DNA of 64,000 bases from Candidatus Dojkabacteria bacterium (GTDB taxonomy: Bacteria > Patescibacteriota > Dojkabacteria > B142 > WJKM01). The DNA is taken from assembly GCA_014729085.1 (NCBI GenBank), contig WJKM01000006.1:88016-152015 (forward strand), written 5' to 3'. Below, in pieces: positions 1 through 11,088 of the stretch. Numbering within the stretch: position 1 is the stretch's first letter; each line of letters starts with the position of its first letter. Both the position numbers and the translations under genes were made by a program. The notes beneath the pieces were generated by a model that worked only from the letters and a program-made list of their open reading frames with translations, was not told where the DNA came from and did not search any database.

Positions 1-7
1 AACAGAT

Positions 8-2476
8 GTGAGCCAGGAAGATTTGCTTGCCTACCAGCCAGTTATAGATACTCTTCGAGCTAATCCTGACCCTGACAAATATTCCAGTGATATTACGCGT
101 TGGACGGAACTTATGAAAGTTCCTGAGCAGGAATCGATACAGATTACAACTAGAGTTGAAAATGGAAGGTTAGAATTACAAGTACCAGATGGTACATGGG
201 TTGATATCATGGGGGGAGAAAATGATTTATTGCATAGACTTAATTTTCTTCAGGGGCAAGTTGATGCAGATACACCACTGGAGATTGTCGGAGGATGGAC
301 TCTTGACGTTCAAGAGTTGAGGGATTTAGTGCAAGAGGCGGCTCCACAAATTGGGGAGTATTATTTGCAAAATTTGAGAAATATTCAAGCTGAAAGGATG
401 AATATTGATTCACTCGAAGATGTAATTGAAGGTATTAGAGAACCATTAAGATCAAATCATGTTTTGGAGCAGGTCTTCACAGACATGGGAGTTATTGAAC
501 AACTTCAAGTTTTGGAAGCTACTCTAACTGAAAGACGAGACTTAGAGGAGGAGGGTGAAGAAGCAGTTGAAGAAGCAAGAAATGGGAACATAGAGAGATT
601 ATTAGCTTGGTTGAAACGACTGGCAGATGCTAATCTTTCTCGTGACGCAATTGTTGCACGGTTAAGAATGTATGGGATAGATATTAATTTGCTCCCATAT
701 GTTGGTAGGAGAAACTTTATAACTTTAGTTAGAACTATTGGAAACTTATTTCCTTCACTCAGAACTTTTACTGAATCATTGAGAGCAAGGGTAGGGAAAG
801 AAGTAGATGAGGAAATGCAGGAGCAAGATGAAGAAGATCAGGATCTTACGCAATCAAGAAGGTTAACAAGGGTAGATTTAGCTAGTTTAGTAAGAGGTGA
901 AGAGGTAGAGGGGGTGGATTTGTCTCCCCTAGAGCCTGAGGACCCTAATGCAGTAGCAGACTTTTTAAATATCATTAGAGATGAGGGCTTAGAACATTTT
1001 GTTCAGAGAAATCAAATAATTGAAATTCTAAGAAACGCAATTAACCAACGTATTGAACAAGACGATACTGATGAGACAACTAGAGAAGCCTTTGGAAGAA
1101 TTAGAGCAGAATATATTGCAGCCGGAGTCCCGCCTGAATACTTACCAGATTTACCAAGAGAGACTCCTGAAGAACGTGCTGAAAGAATGGAAGATATTGA
1201 GGGGGAGTTCGATGTGCTTCAACCACTTACAGTTTTGGCTTACATAAATGAAGAAATTGAGCAGAGGAATATCCAAGAGAGTACGCGTCAGAGAAGATAT
1301 GATCAAATTACTTTTGCTTTAAAAGAAGCTATCGCTCAAGGTAGGATTGAACTTGAGCCACCAAATGATAGAGTAGACTTGGCGCATGAATATTTGGATG
1401 CTGGAGTCCGTCCTACATCTGTTTATGCTGAAGTACTAATGGGAGAACATTATAAAGAAGCTCATAAGAAAGTAGAAGAATTTGCTCCTATAATGAGAGT
1501 ATTTTATGGTGAGGCTAGGCCTCCAGCAAATCCAGAAACTGTATGGAAAGAAAGGGTTTTACCAGAGTTAAGGAGCCAAAGGCCATTTGAGACTAGTCAG
1601 TATGAAGCATTAATACTAGTCCTTGCCCATGATATGTTCACCGAAGGTGTAAAGTGGTTAAGTTCTGTTGATAGGGTTATAGGAGCGGAAGGAGTAGATG
1701 GTGTTATGAAGGTAACTATGGAGATGATTGAAGAAAAATGTGATGTTTTTGAGGAAGGATCTCTATGGTGGAAGAAAGAGGGAATTAAACCTGTTAAGTA
1801 TGATGATATAAGAGGAGAATATGCAGGAAATCTATATGACGGGCCTCTTGCTGAATATTTAGGTCAATTAGATACGGTTGTAGTTGAAGGCATGATTGAT
1901 GATAATGCTGAAATGATAACATCATATATAAATTTACAAACTGAGTTTTGGATGGCACGACGAGAACAACAGAGAAAACTCGATAGACTCAACCGTCAGG
2001 AGAATTGGGATAGAATTAAATGGATTGCTGGTCTTGGAGGAGGGGCTGCGTTAATTGGGTTTGGAATCGCTGAATTATCCCTTGGTCCCGAGTTAATAGG
2101 TTTATTAGAATCAGCTGGAGAGATACCTTTGGTACCTAAATTAGGTGCACTTAGTCTTTCTACTATGGGTATAAGGTTACTTTGGGAGAGATTAGGAAAA
2201 CCGGAGGAAAGAGATAAAAAGGAGGATGAAAGGAATAAGGCTGAATTACAATTACGGCGAACTGAGAATAAATATGAAAGTGATTTAATGAGAAGGTTGC
2301 GTATGGTGAAAAGATCTGTTAGAAATTCGGTTTTAAACGTGTGTCAAACAGCTCCAGGCTCTAATGCTGCTACAGAGGCTGTTGTTTCTTATAGAAATTC
2401 AATGTCTCAATCTAATGGAGGTTGGCAGACACAGTTTAGAGGTGTTGGTGGACAGTCCTTTGCTTATGGGACATAA
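8..2476 (+). CDS. Large acidic coiled-coil hypothetical protein (822 aa) with a C-terminal hydrophobic/TM segment. The frame is open to the window edge, so it is probably truncated at the 5' end.
   Basis: Long ORF starting with GTG at 8 and no in-frame stop before position 1. Very D/E-rich. Gly-rich hydrophobic stretch 'GLGGGAALIGFGIAELSLGPELIGLL' near residue 680. No recognisable catalytic motif. Confidence 0.55.
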   Translation: MSQEDLLAYQPVIDTLRANPDPDKYSSDITRWTELMKVPEQESIQITTRVENGRLELQVPDGTWVDIMGGENDLLHRLNFLQGQVDADTPLEIVGGWTLDVQELRDLVQEAAPQIGEYYLQNLRNIQAERMNIDSLEDVIEGIREPLRSNHVLEQVFTDMGVIEQLQVLEATLTERRDLEEEGEEAVEEARNGNIERLLAWLKRLADANLSRDAIVARLRMYGIDINLLPYVGRRNFITLVRTIGNLFPSLRTFTESLRARVGKEVDEEMQEQDEEDQDLTQSRRLTRVDLASLVRGEEVEGVDLSPLEPEDPNAVADFLNIIRDEGLEHFVQRNQIIEILRNAINQRIEQDDTDETTREAFGRIRAEYIAAGVPPEYLPDLPRETPEERAERMEDIEGEFDVLQPLTVLAYINEEIEQRNIQESTRQRRYDQITFALKEAIAQGRIELEPPNDRVDLAHEYLDAGVRPTSVYAEVLMGEHYKEAHKKVEEFAPIMRVFYGEARPPANPETVWKERVLPELRSQRPFETSQYEALILVLAHDMFTEGVKWLSSVDRVIGAEGVDGVMKVTMEMIEEKCDVFEEGSLWWKKEGIKPVKYDDIRGEYAGNLYDGPLAEYLGQLDTVVVEGMIDDNAEMITSYINLQTEFWMARREQQRKLDRLNRQENWDRIKWIAGLGGGAALIGFGIAELSLGPELIGLLESAGEIPLVPKLGALSLSTMGIRLLWERLGKPEERDKKEDERNKAELQLRRTENKYESDLMRRLRMVKRSVRNSVLNVCQTAPGSNAATEAVVSYRNSMSQSNGGWQTQFRGVGGQSFAYGT

Positions 2477-2505
2477 TAATTTAGATAATTTAAATCAGAT
2501 AATTT

Positions 2506-3138
2506 ATGAATTACATTATAGATTCCACAATTATTTCAATTTTTTTGAAAAAAGCAATAGATAGTAAAGAAGTACAGAATTTCTTAGATTCTTATGAGGA
2601 AAAGGTTACACAGATTACTAGCCAAGTTATTTATAATTATTTAAGTAAGGAAGGCGGTATGAATGATAAAGAAATTGAAGGGGAGTTAAATAAATTTGTA
2701 GACTCTGGAGAAGACCCCCCAACTTTTTTCCAACCAGAAGTTTTACTTGAAATTGATAAGCAAATTGAGAAGTATAATGAATCTATTTACGCTAAATTTG
2801 AAAAACAGATGTCATTAGAGGATCAAAAAAGAGCTAATGATTATATTCAAAAGCAGTTGCAGTTGGCACAGAAAAATTTTGAGAAAATGAGACAGGCAGC
2901 CTTGGAAGAACTGGATGAAGTAGAAAAGGAATTTGCGCAAATTGGTCGAGTACGTTCCTGGGAGGAAAAACAAAGGGCAGAAAATAAGGCCCAGCAACCT
3001 CAGAGCGGACAAAAAAATAAATACGAACCTCCACAAGCAGTACCTAAGGAGCAAGTAAATGCCTCTCAACAAAATCAGCAAGCTTCACAAATTCAACATA
3101 AAGCGAGTATACCCACACAAGATCCAGTTTTAGATTAA
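2506..3138 (+). CDS. Hypothetical coiled-coil protein with a Q-rich C-terminus.
   Basis: 210-aa ORF directly downstream of the preceding gene on the same strand. Low-complexity Q/K/E composition. Confidence 0.45.
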   Translation: MNYIIDSTIISIFLKKAIDSKEVQNFLDSYEEKVTQITSQVIYNYLSKEGGMNDKEIEGELNKFVDSGEDPPTFFQPEVLLEIDKQIEKYNESIYAKFEKQMSLEDQKRANDYIQKQLQLAQKNFEKMRQAALEELDEVEKEFAQIGRVRSWEEKQRAENKAQQPQSGQKNKYEPPQAVPKEQVNASQQNQQASQIQHKASIPTQDPVLD

Positions 3139-3302
3139 TTTTATTGTAGTACAATACAAAGATTATTTTAATAATTGTATGCTAGAATTATTTATGAAAA
3201 TATTTGAGAAAATTTAAACATAAATGGCAGTCACATTAATACAGGTAAAAAAAACTACTTAAAGAAAATAATAAAATTCTTGAAAAAAGAATCGAGGCAA
3301 GG

Positions 3303-3593
3303 TTGGAGAAGAAGTTAGAAAGAATGTTGGACGAGAAATTGGAAGAGAAATTAGAAGAAAAATTAGAAAAATTCTATATCAGGATTGCGAAATTATTTGG
3401 GCAAACCCCAAAAGAAGAAAATTTAGCTACCAAGAAAGAACTACATGAGATTAAGATCCGCGTGAATAATAATACAGATAGCATATCACGAATTCGTGAA
3501 GAGCTTGATACAGGGCCAACAATAACCAATGAACATGTAAAAAGAAATACCGAGGAAATTGGTAAAATTAAAAAAGCCGCAAATTTGGCTTGA
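3303..3593 (+). CDS. Small coiled-coil hypothetical protein. The listed ORF starts at TTG 3303; an ATG at 3324 is the more likely start.
   Basis: 'EEKLEEKLEEKLEK' heptad-like repeats. Short and low complexity. Confidence 0.3.
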   Translation: MEKKLERMLDEKLEEKLEEKLEKFYIRIAKLFGQTPKEENLATKKELHEIKIRVNNNTDSISRIREELDTGPTITNEHVKRNTEEIGKIKKAANLA

Positions 3594-3611
3594 GAAAAAT
3601 TTGAAAGATAG

Positions 3612-3624
3612 TGTATAATTACAT
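3612..3624 (+). promoter_or_regulatory. Candidate extended -10 promoter element (TGTATAAT) upstream of the rRNA leader.
   Basis: 'tgtataatt' lies about 300 nt upstream of the mature 23S 5' end. It is followed by the AT-rich leader and a 'ctttgaaaactgaatag' leader-type sequence. Confidence 0.25.
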
Positions 3625-3928
3625 CACCTTCGAAGCATGTTTGTAACTTCATTCAAACCTCTGTTTCAACAAAAGTATTTTCATTCAAAGGCTTGTTAGC
3701 TTTTGACAAAGATTTTTAGTGCTCAGTACTTAGAGATTTCAAACTAGAATATTATTATTCTTAGACAATTTGGTCTTTATTCTAAGAACTAAATTCTAAA
3801 AATCTAGGTGCTTTTTGTTCTTTGAAAACTGAATAGTAGAAGTTTAACAGGGTTAAACTTTGATTTCACGGATAAAAAACATCACAATTTACCTGCTTTT
3901 AAGCAGGCAAACGTGATGATCAATATGA

Positions 3929-6900
3929 GATTAAAGCAACTCAAGAGTGTATGGTGGATGTCTTGGTTGAAAAAGCTGAAGAAGGACGTGGTAGCCTGCG
4001 ATAAGCTTCGGGGAGCTGGCAAACAAGCTGTGATCCGAAGATGTCCGAATGGGGGAACCCATCCCGAGTAACATCGGGATACCTTATGTCGAATACATAG
4101 GCATAGAGGGAGAAAGCTGGTGAACTGAAACATCTCACTAACCAGAAGAAAAAATACCGAATGGTATTCCCTTAGTAGTGGCGAGCGAACGGGGATCAGC
4201 CCAAACTCAACAGGTAGGTAGAAGAAGATGCGTCTGCTTTGCGGACAATTTTTCGGATACACCCGTGCAGGGGTGGTTACAGTTGGGTGTTGTAGGAGGT
4301 AAACGTTGCTATACTGCAAAGTAGCAGAACAAGTGATAAATCTTATTTCTAATAGAACACGGTTGGAAAGCCAGACCATAGAGGGTAATAGTCCCGTATA
4401 TGAAAGGAATAAGACTTGTTGGTTTACGATCCTGAGTACCACGATCAATGTAGGATTTTGTGGGAATCAACACGAACCATCGTGTAAGGCTAAACACTTT
4501 TTCAAACCGATAGTGGACAAGTACCGAGAGGGAAAGATGAAAAGTACCCCTGATAGGGGAGTGAAATAGTTCCTAAAACCATATACTTACAAACAGTGGG
4601 AGCCACGTTTACGTGGTGACCGCGTGCCTATTGAAGAATGAGCCTGCGAGTTATTCTATGTTGCTTGCTTAAACTGTTTTGCAGTGTAGGCGCAGCGAAA
4701 GCGAGTCTGAAAGGGCGCGTGTAGCATAGAATAGACCCGAAACCGAGTGATCTACGCATGAGCAGGTTGAATCTCGATGAGAATCGAGAGGAGGACCGAA
4801 CCAGTGAATGTTTCAAAATTCTTGGATGACTTGTGTGTAGCGGTGACACGCCAAACGAACTCGGAAATAGCTGGTTCTCCTCGAAATAACTTTAGGGTTA
4901 GCCTTGGTGTTAAATTCTTACGGGGGTAGAGCACTGATTGGATTGTGGGGGGTATATACCTTACTGCGTTCTCTCAAACTCCGAATACCGTAAGTTTTTT
5001 ACCAGGAGTTAGACTATGGGGGCTAAGCTCCATCAGTCGAAAGGGAAACAGCCCAGATCATCAGCTAAGGTCCTTAAATTTATGCTCAGTGGGAAAGGAT
5101 GTGAAATTTCTTAAACAGCCAGGAGGTTCGCTTAGAGGCAGCTATCCTTTAAAGAGTGCGTAACAGCTCACTGGTCGAGAGATTTTGCGCCGACAATTCA
5201 ACGGGGCTAAAGCATAATACCGAAGCCATGACTTTATGTACCTATGGTACATAAGGGGTAGAGGAGCATTGTGTTCAGCTGTGAAGGTGTACTGTAAAGT
5301 ATGCTGGAGCGTACACAAGAGAGAATGCAGGCATGAGTAGCGTAATCTCGGTGAAAACCCGGGACACCGAATATCTAAGGTTTCCACAGCAATGTCAGTC
5401 ATCTGTGGGTTAGTCGGTCCTAAGTCAAGGCCGAATGGCGTAGACGATGGACAACTGGTTAATATTCCAGTACCGCCTTTAATTCGTTATTAGTTAAGGA
5501 AGGACTAAATGTGCAACTTCCAAGCCTCGACAGGTCGGGGTATAAATAGTAAGCCAGTCTGATTTGGTAAATCCGGTCAGGCGAAATCTCTGCTTCGGCG
5601 GAAAATAGGTGAGCTATGATGTAGAACTGAAGCGCAAGCGGATGTGATTTGGAATAGTATGTTTACAAGAAAATTTTCTATACGAGAATTAAGGGTGACC
5701 GTACCGCAAACCGACACTGGTAGATTGGTAGAGTATACCAAGGTGTACGGATGATCCTTTGTTAAGGAACTCGGCAAATTACTACCGTACGTTCGCAATA
5801 AGGTAGCCCCGGAAAGCGCTTGCGCTTATACGGGGGGCACATAAGAGGCTCGATCGACTGTTTAACAAAAACACAGGTTCCTGCTAACCCGTAAGGGGAT
5901 GTATAGGAGCTGACGCCTGCCCAATGCCAGAAGATTACGGAAGGAGGTTATCTGCCTTTGGCAGAGAAGCTTCCAACTTAAGTCCTGGTGAATGGCGGCT
6001 GTAACTATAACGGTCCTAAGGTAGCGAAGTTCCTCGGCGCTTAATAGGCGTCCCGCATGAAGGGCGTAACGAGTTGGGCACTGTCTTAACAAGGAGTCCG
6101 GCGAAATTGAAGTGGCGGTGAAGATGCCGTCTACCCGCACCTGGACAAAAAGACCCCGGGATCTTTACTGTATCTTGACATTGAAATAAAGGTTAAGTTG
6201 TAGAGCGTAGGAGGGAGACTTTGAAGTCTCAGCGCTAGCTGGGATGGAGTCAAGCATGCAACACCTCCCTTCGTTTCTTTTGTTTCTAACCATCTTCCGT
6301 AAGCCGGAAATGAGACAGTGTCAGGTGGGCAGTTTGACTGGGGCGGTTTCATACTAAAGGATAACGTATGATTGCAAAGGTCGACTCAAGCTGGATGGAA
6401 ATCAGCTGAAGAGCATAATGGTATAAGTCGGCTTTACTGTGAGAGGGACACCTCGAGCAGTCACGAAAGTGGGCCATAGTGACCCTTTGGCAACAAATGG
6501 GAGTGCCATTGTTTAAAGGATAAAAGTTACCCCGGGGATAACAGGCTAGTCTTGCCCAAGCGCTCATAGCGACGGCAAGGTTCGGCACCTCGATGTCGGC
6601 TCGTCGTATCCTGGAGCTGGATAAGGTTCCAAGGGTTGGGCTGTTCGCCCATTAAAACGGCACGTGAGCTGGGTTCAAACCGACGTGAGTCAGGTTGGTC
6701 TCTATCCGGTGTGGGCGTTCGAATTCTGAGGAGATTGCTCCCTAGTACGAGAGGATCGGGAGGAGGTAGCCTCTAGTGCACCAGTTGTTCCACCAGGAGC
6801 ATCGCTGGGTAGCTACGCTGCTATTGTGATAAGCGCTGAAAGCATATAAGCGTGAAGCCAGCTCCAAGATGAGAATTCGTCTGAGACCTGCGGAAGACTA

Positions 6901-6972
6901 CCGCGTTGATAGGCTCTAGGTGTAAGCACAGTAATGTGTTTAGCCAAGGAGTACTAATCGGTCGAAAGCTTT
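3929..6972 (+). rRNA. rrl: 23S ribosomal RNA (large subunit).
   Basis: 5' end 'GGTGGATGTCTTGG...GAAGGACGTGGTAGCCTGCGATAAGCTTCGGGGAGCTG'. Internal universally conserved blocks such as 'GACGGAAAGACCCCGGG', 'GGATAACAGGCT' and 'GAGCTGGGTTCA'. 3' end '...GTACTAATCGGTCGAAAGCTT'. About 3.04 kb. Confidence 0.93.
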
Positions 6973-7106
6973 AGTTTCATTATTTTTCGTGAAATTAGTT
7001 TCATCTTATTATTCTACTATTCGGTTTTTAGAAAACAAATTCATAATTAGTATTTGGTATAATTGTTTACAGTCAATAGAAATTGCAAATTATTTGATTT
7101 TCAATT

Positions 7107-7223
7107 TCTGGTGATTGTAGCGGAGCGGAACCACCTCTTCCCATCCCGAACAGAGAAGTGAAACTCTCCAGCGCCGACGATACTAGAGATTAGGTTCTCT
7201 TGGAAAATAGGTCATCGCCAGAA
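7107..7223 (+). rRNA. rrf: 5S ribosomal RNA.
   Basis: 'CCCATCCCGAACAGAGAAGTGAAAC' 5S loop C/helix III signature. The terminal helix 'tctggtgat...atcgccaga' closes the molecule. Lies about 135 nt downstream of the 23S 3' end. Confidence 0.9.
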
Positions 7224-7227
7224 TAAA

Positions 7228-7257
7228 AAAAACAACCCTTGGGTTGTTTTTTTTATT
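7228..7257 (+). terminator. Rho-independent terminator of the rRNA unit.
   Basis: 'aacaaccc ttg ggttgtt' hairpin followed by 'ttttttttat'. Confidence 0.8.
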
Positions 7258-7463
7258 TGTCATAGGAAAATAGATCACCTGTCTGCCGTCAGGTAGGTCA
7301 CCAGAACCAAGGAAGTAACTCAAGGATTGTTTTTTTGTTGTTTATGTGATTCCCTACAATTTGTAATAGAAAAAACAGGCACTGTCAAGAGAATAGTGTC
7401 ATATTCCAGGCTTTTTTCTTTTATTTATTGTATAACTAAAAAGGGTAGAATATAATAATACAT

Positions 7464-8456
7464 ATGAATATTATCAAGCCTCCAAAATTAGACAAGGGCG
7501 ACACTATTGGTATAGTCGCAACGTCCTTCCCTTTCCCTCACAATGAAAAAAGTGATTATTATCATGAGTATCAGAGGGGGATCAAAATTATTAATAGCAT
7601 GGGCTTTCAAATTCAAGAATCAAAAAATTTGAGAAAGAGAAAATGGTGGGCGGCAGGCACCGCAAAGGAGAGAGCAGAGGATATAAATGGGATGTTCGAG
7701 AATCAGGATATAAATGCAATTATGGTACATGATGGTGGACAGTCTGCTATTACAATTCTTGAATATTTGGATTATGACCTCATAAAGATGAACCCAAAAC
7801 CATTTATTGGTTTCAGTGATGTAACAAATATTCTTTCTGCAATTTATTCCAAAACGGGCATTGTTTCTTTTTATGGCCCTTTAGTAACTTATGGTTTTGG
7901 CAAGCATTGGAGAAAATTTTCGGACGATAAAATTAGTAAGGGAAAAGATTATTTCCAAAAGATACTTTCTTCTCATAATCCTCTTGGTTATATTAGCCCA
8001 ATCACAGAATGGGAATCCTGGAAACCTGGCAAAGCTAGAGGAAAACTATTTGGCGGTAATCTAAGTATGCTGCTTTCCCTAGTAGGGACTTCTTATTTTC
8101 CTTTAAAAAATGAATTGGCCGACTCAATTTTATTTTGGGAAATTGATAATACAGAGTCGTACTGGATAGAAAGAGGTTTGTATGTACTCAAATATTCAGG
8201 AATTTTGGATATTATCTCGGGTATGATTGTCGGCAAACTTCCGGGAATTAAAAATACATGCTGGAAAAAATCCAGTGAACCTTCTCCTAAAGAAATAGTA
8301 CTGGAAATTCTAAAAGAATATAATTTTCCAGTTATGGGAGGATTTGATTTTGGACATGAAACTATAGATATTCCAATGCCAATTGGTATTGAAGTTTCAA
8401 TGAATTCGCAAAATTTAAGTTTTGAAATACTTGAGTCCGCAGTGAAAAGAAAATAA
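7464..8456 (+). CDS. LD-carboxypeptidase (peptidase S66, LdcA/MccF family).
   Basis: N-terminal 'GDTIGIVATSFPF' matches the S66 'GDtIgivAPS' nucleophile-region signature. Length of 330 aa fits the family. Confidence 0.75.
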   Translation: MNIIKPPKLDKGDTIGIVATSFPFPHNEKSDYYHEYQRGIKIINSMGFQIQESKNLRKRKWWAAGTAKERAEDINGMFENQDINAIMVHDGGQSAITILEYLDYDLIKMNPKPFIGFSDVTNILSAIYSKTGIVSFYGPLVTYGFGKHWRKFSDDKISKGKDYFQKILSSHNPLGYISPITEWESWKPGKARGKLFGGNLSMLLSLVGTSYFPLKNELADSILFWEIDNTESYWIERGLYVLKYSGILDIISGMIVGKLPGIKNTCWKKSSEPSPKEIVLEILKEYNFPVMGGFDFGHETIDIPMPIGIEVSMNSQNLSFEILESAVKRK

Positions 8457-8641
8457 TTTTTCTCTTTTATACCTTCCAATATTGGTAAAAATTTGCTTAA
8501 TTACTTTAACGGTTTTAAAATATAGATAAAGAATTTATAAGCTATTAAATTTTATATTATATATTAAGTGATGGAGCATTCATGATATAATACAACATAT
8601 AGTACTCATATATTAATAGGAGATATGGTCTGATTAATTAG

Positions 8642-9244
8642 GTGTTTATGAACGATCATATTTCAAATATTTTATTTTTTTATTACATAAAAATGAAAAA
8701 AGCAAAATTTGCTGCTTTACTAGTAATTCCATTATTGGCAATCTTATTAAGCGGATGCTCTAAGAAGCCAGAGTATAAAAATCTTGTCGTAGAACAAGAT
8801 GATGCAGTTGTAGAGTATGTATATGCTTTCGATGAAAATCAGTCAGCAAAATATACAATTAAACAGGTTACTTATGATTATATGCCAGAAGGTCTGGAAG
8901 AGAAATATGATCCACATGAGGAAGAAAATCAATTTGTAAAAGTGGATTTTGTTGTGGAGGGAACTGGAACTGAACCACTTGAAATCTATGAACATCAAAT
9001 TGTTTTAAATGCAGGATTGGAGGAGGATGTTAGTTCAACATACAAGTTGATGGACCAACCTTCTTCATTCAAGTCAGTTTTTGGGGATACAAGCTATGAA
9101 TTGCAGCCTGGAGAAACAAAGGAATTTAGTATGCATTATGAAATCTTTGGTGGAATTTTAGAAGCTGCAAGCGATAAGTTTAGTATAACAATTGATGACG
9201 ATTATAACGTTCCATTAGTTAGGAAAGTAGGTACAGAGGAATAA
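8642..9244 (+). CDS. Lipoprotein of unknown function. The probable start is the M of 'MKKAKFAALLVIPLLAILLSGCSKK' at about 8693.
   Basis: Signal peptide followed by the lipobox 'LLSGC'. Confidence 0.6.
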   Translation: MFMNDHISNILFFYYIKMKKAKFAALLVIPLLAILLSGCSKKPEYKNLVVEQDDAVVEYVYAFDENQSAKYTIKQVTYDYMPEGLEEKYDPHEEENQFVKVDFVVEGTGTEPLEIYEHQIVLNAGLEEDVSSTYKLMDQPSSFKSVFGDTSYELQPGETKEFSMHYEIFGGILEAASDKFSITIDDDYNVPLVRKVGTEE

Positions 9245-9260
9245 ATATAAATATTGTATA

Positions 9261-9290
9261 GACCCTCATTTATTATGAGGGTCTTTTTTG
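9261..9290. terminator. Bidirectional rho-independent terminator between two convergent genes.
   Basis: 'gaccctcat ttatt atgagggtc' perfect 9-bp stem flanked by an A-run and a T-run. Confidence 0.8.
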
Positions 9291-9303
9291 TTTATTCGTT
9301 TAA

Positions 9304-11088
9304 TTATTTATAATACTTTGTAATAAAAGTCTCTTCATTTCCATTTACACTTCTTACGAATTTTTCGATTATACCTTCTGATTCAGTGTCTTCAATAATA
9401 TACGTATCTTTTTGGAAATCTCTAAGAGTGACTTCATTAGGAACATAATCCTCGGTTGTATATAATACTAGTTCTATATAAAGGGCACCATCTTCCCCGA
9501 CTTTGTTTTTTGTTATAAATAGTATTGGACTATCCGAATTATTTACAAAACTGAAATCAGTTTCCTCAACCTCTTTTTGAGGGGTATCTTCATAGTCTTT
9601 GTTATCTTCTGTTTCTTCAATAATAGGCTGAAATATAACAGTTGATTTTACAGTTGCATTTGAATAAGGATAAGAATAGTAATCCATTAGATTTGCTTGG
9701 AGTTGATCACCTCTTTCAGTTATTGGGAATCCTGCTTCCAGAATACTTCTGTATAATACAGTGACTACAGCCTCAACATTACCAAAATAAGTTAAGATTT
9801 CTGTATCTGTTTCAATTTCAATCTTATTATACTGATAATCATCCTTTTCTATTATTTCTCCAAAAGCATTGAGGAAGGAAAATTCGGAATTTGCATCCAC
9901 TTCAAACACATCAAGTTGTTCAAGAAGTCTTTTAATACTATTAGTCCTTTCCAATGGATCAAGTGGCGCTTTAACGACCCCTTTGCTAATTACTTGGGGA
10001 AATCGCTTTATATCTAGGTTTTCGATTTCTGTTGCCTGTTCGATCTCATCAAAGATTAAAGTAATATCTGTAAATTTGTCCAATTTTTTAATATCATTTA
10101 TGAATAGATCATAAGATTCATCAATGTTTAAAAATCTTCCTGGAGTAAATTCTCCAAGTATGTATAAAGTATTCTTTCTGATTCTGTAATCGTAGTTTTG
10201 TGGCTCAACGTCAACTAAAGCTTTTAGCATTTTGAATTTATTTCTGAGTAATTCCTCATCATTTACTTCAATTTGGAGTGTGTTTTCTTGAAAAATATAA
10301 TTAAATATTTTCTTCGCAGATTCCTGTTGAATAAATTCGTGTCCTTTTTCTTCAATCTTTTTCTCGCCATCTATTTCAAATGCTTGTACTTTGACATTAG
10401 AAATTGTGTTTTCAAAATTTTCTATCTTGTCACAAGTAGCATTTATGAGTTGTTCTTGCGGAGACATATTCATCTCAACTAATTGGAATGTCATATTAGA
10501 AGGTATGGGGTTTTCTTCTCTTAGTTTTGTAAATATTTGTTTTATTGGTAGTTTAGTTGCACCATGTCCTTTAGTGCATTCTAAAATTTTATTGGTTTCT
10601 TCATCAAGTTCAAGTTTTGGTTCCACTTTGTTTTTTTCATTCGTTTCCAAATCTCCAAAGTGGTTTATTAGCCAGTATTCTAGCTTGGCTTGATTAAATT
10701 CAACAAGATACTCGGTCTCTTGATTCTTTGTATTTTGTTTTCCGAATAAGCCCTCAAGTATTTTATCTAGTATATTAATTTTTTCATTTTGTTGTTCAGG
10801 CGATGCTATGGATTTGATACGGAAATCAAACTCGTCCGTTGAAAGATTGCTGGATTTGGATTCGATGGAAATTGTTATTTCTTCTGGTATGGAAGCGACT
10901 GCTGTAGATATACCTGCAACATCGCCTTCATTTGTTTTTTTATTTTTTAAATAATTACTTATTTGGATAAAAATAAATGTACTTAATGAAGTTATTAGGA
11001 AAAGCTGTGCAAACACTATAGCTTTCCCAACAATTTTTTTATATCTTTTGTTTGAATTTTGTATTGCAATTGGAGTTGGATGTGCCAT
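9304..11088 (-). CDS. Membrane-anchored hypothetical protein (594 aa).
   Basis: N-terminal TM helix 'IVFAQLFLITSLSTFIFIQI'. The rest is an acidic soluble domain with no recognised motif. Confidence 0.55.
   Translation of the reverse strand: MAHPTPIAIQNSNKRYKKIVGKAIVFAQLFLITSLSTFIFIQISNYLKNKKTNEGDVAGISTAVASIPEEITISIESKSSNLSTDEFDFRIKSIASPEQQNEKINILDKILEGLFGKQNTKNQETEYLVEFNQAKLEYWLINHFGDLETNEKNKVEPKLELDEETNKILECTKGHGATKLPIKQIFTKLREENPIPSNMTFQLVEMNMSPQEQLINATCDKIENFENTISNVKVQAFEIDGEKKIEEKGHEFIQQESAKKIFNYIFQENTLQIEVNDEELLRNKFKMLKALVDVEPQNYDYRIRKNTLYILGEFTPGRFLNIDESYDLFINDIKKLDKFTDITLIFDEIEQATEIENLDIKRFPQVISKGVVKAPLDPLERTNSIKRLLEQLDVFEVDANSEFSFLNAFGEIIEKDDYQYNKIEIETDTEILTYFGNVEAVVTVLYRSILEAGFPITERGDQLQANLMDYYSYPYSNATVKSTVIFQPIIEETEDNKDYEDTPQKEVEETDFSFVNNSDSPILFITKNKVGEDGALYIELVLYTTEDYVPNEVTLRDFQKDTYIIEDTESEGIIEKFVRSVNGNEETFITKYYK

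Noticed and set aside
3625-3645. 'catcaccttcgaa' resembles the 16S 3' end GATCACCTCCTT.
   Set aside because: The flanking sequence has none of the conserved 16S 3'-domain blocks. It is most likely leader sequence.
3882-6588. Numerous 60-190-aa ORFs on both strands between 3882 and 6588 (e.g. 3882..4448-, 4306..4569+, 5862..6140-).
   Set aside because: They lie entirely inside the 23S rRNA gene and are therefore spurious.
3929-6972. Possible group I/II intron or homing-endonuclease insertion in the 23S, given that it is about 100 nt longer than typical.
   Set aside because: No internal ORF with a LAGLIDADG/GIY-YIG-like product. The excess length is small and consistent with expansion segments.
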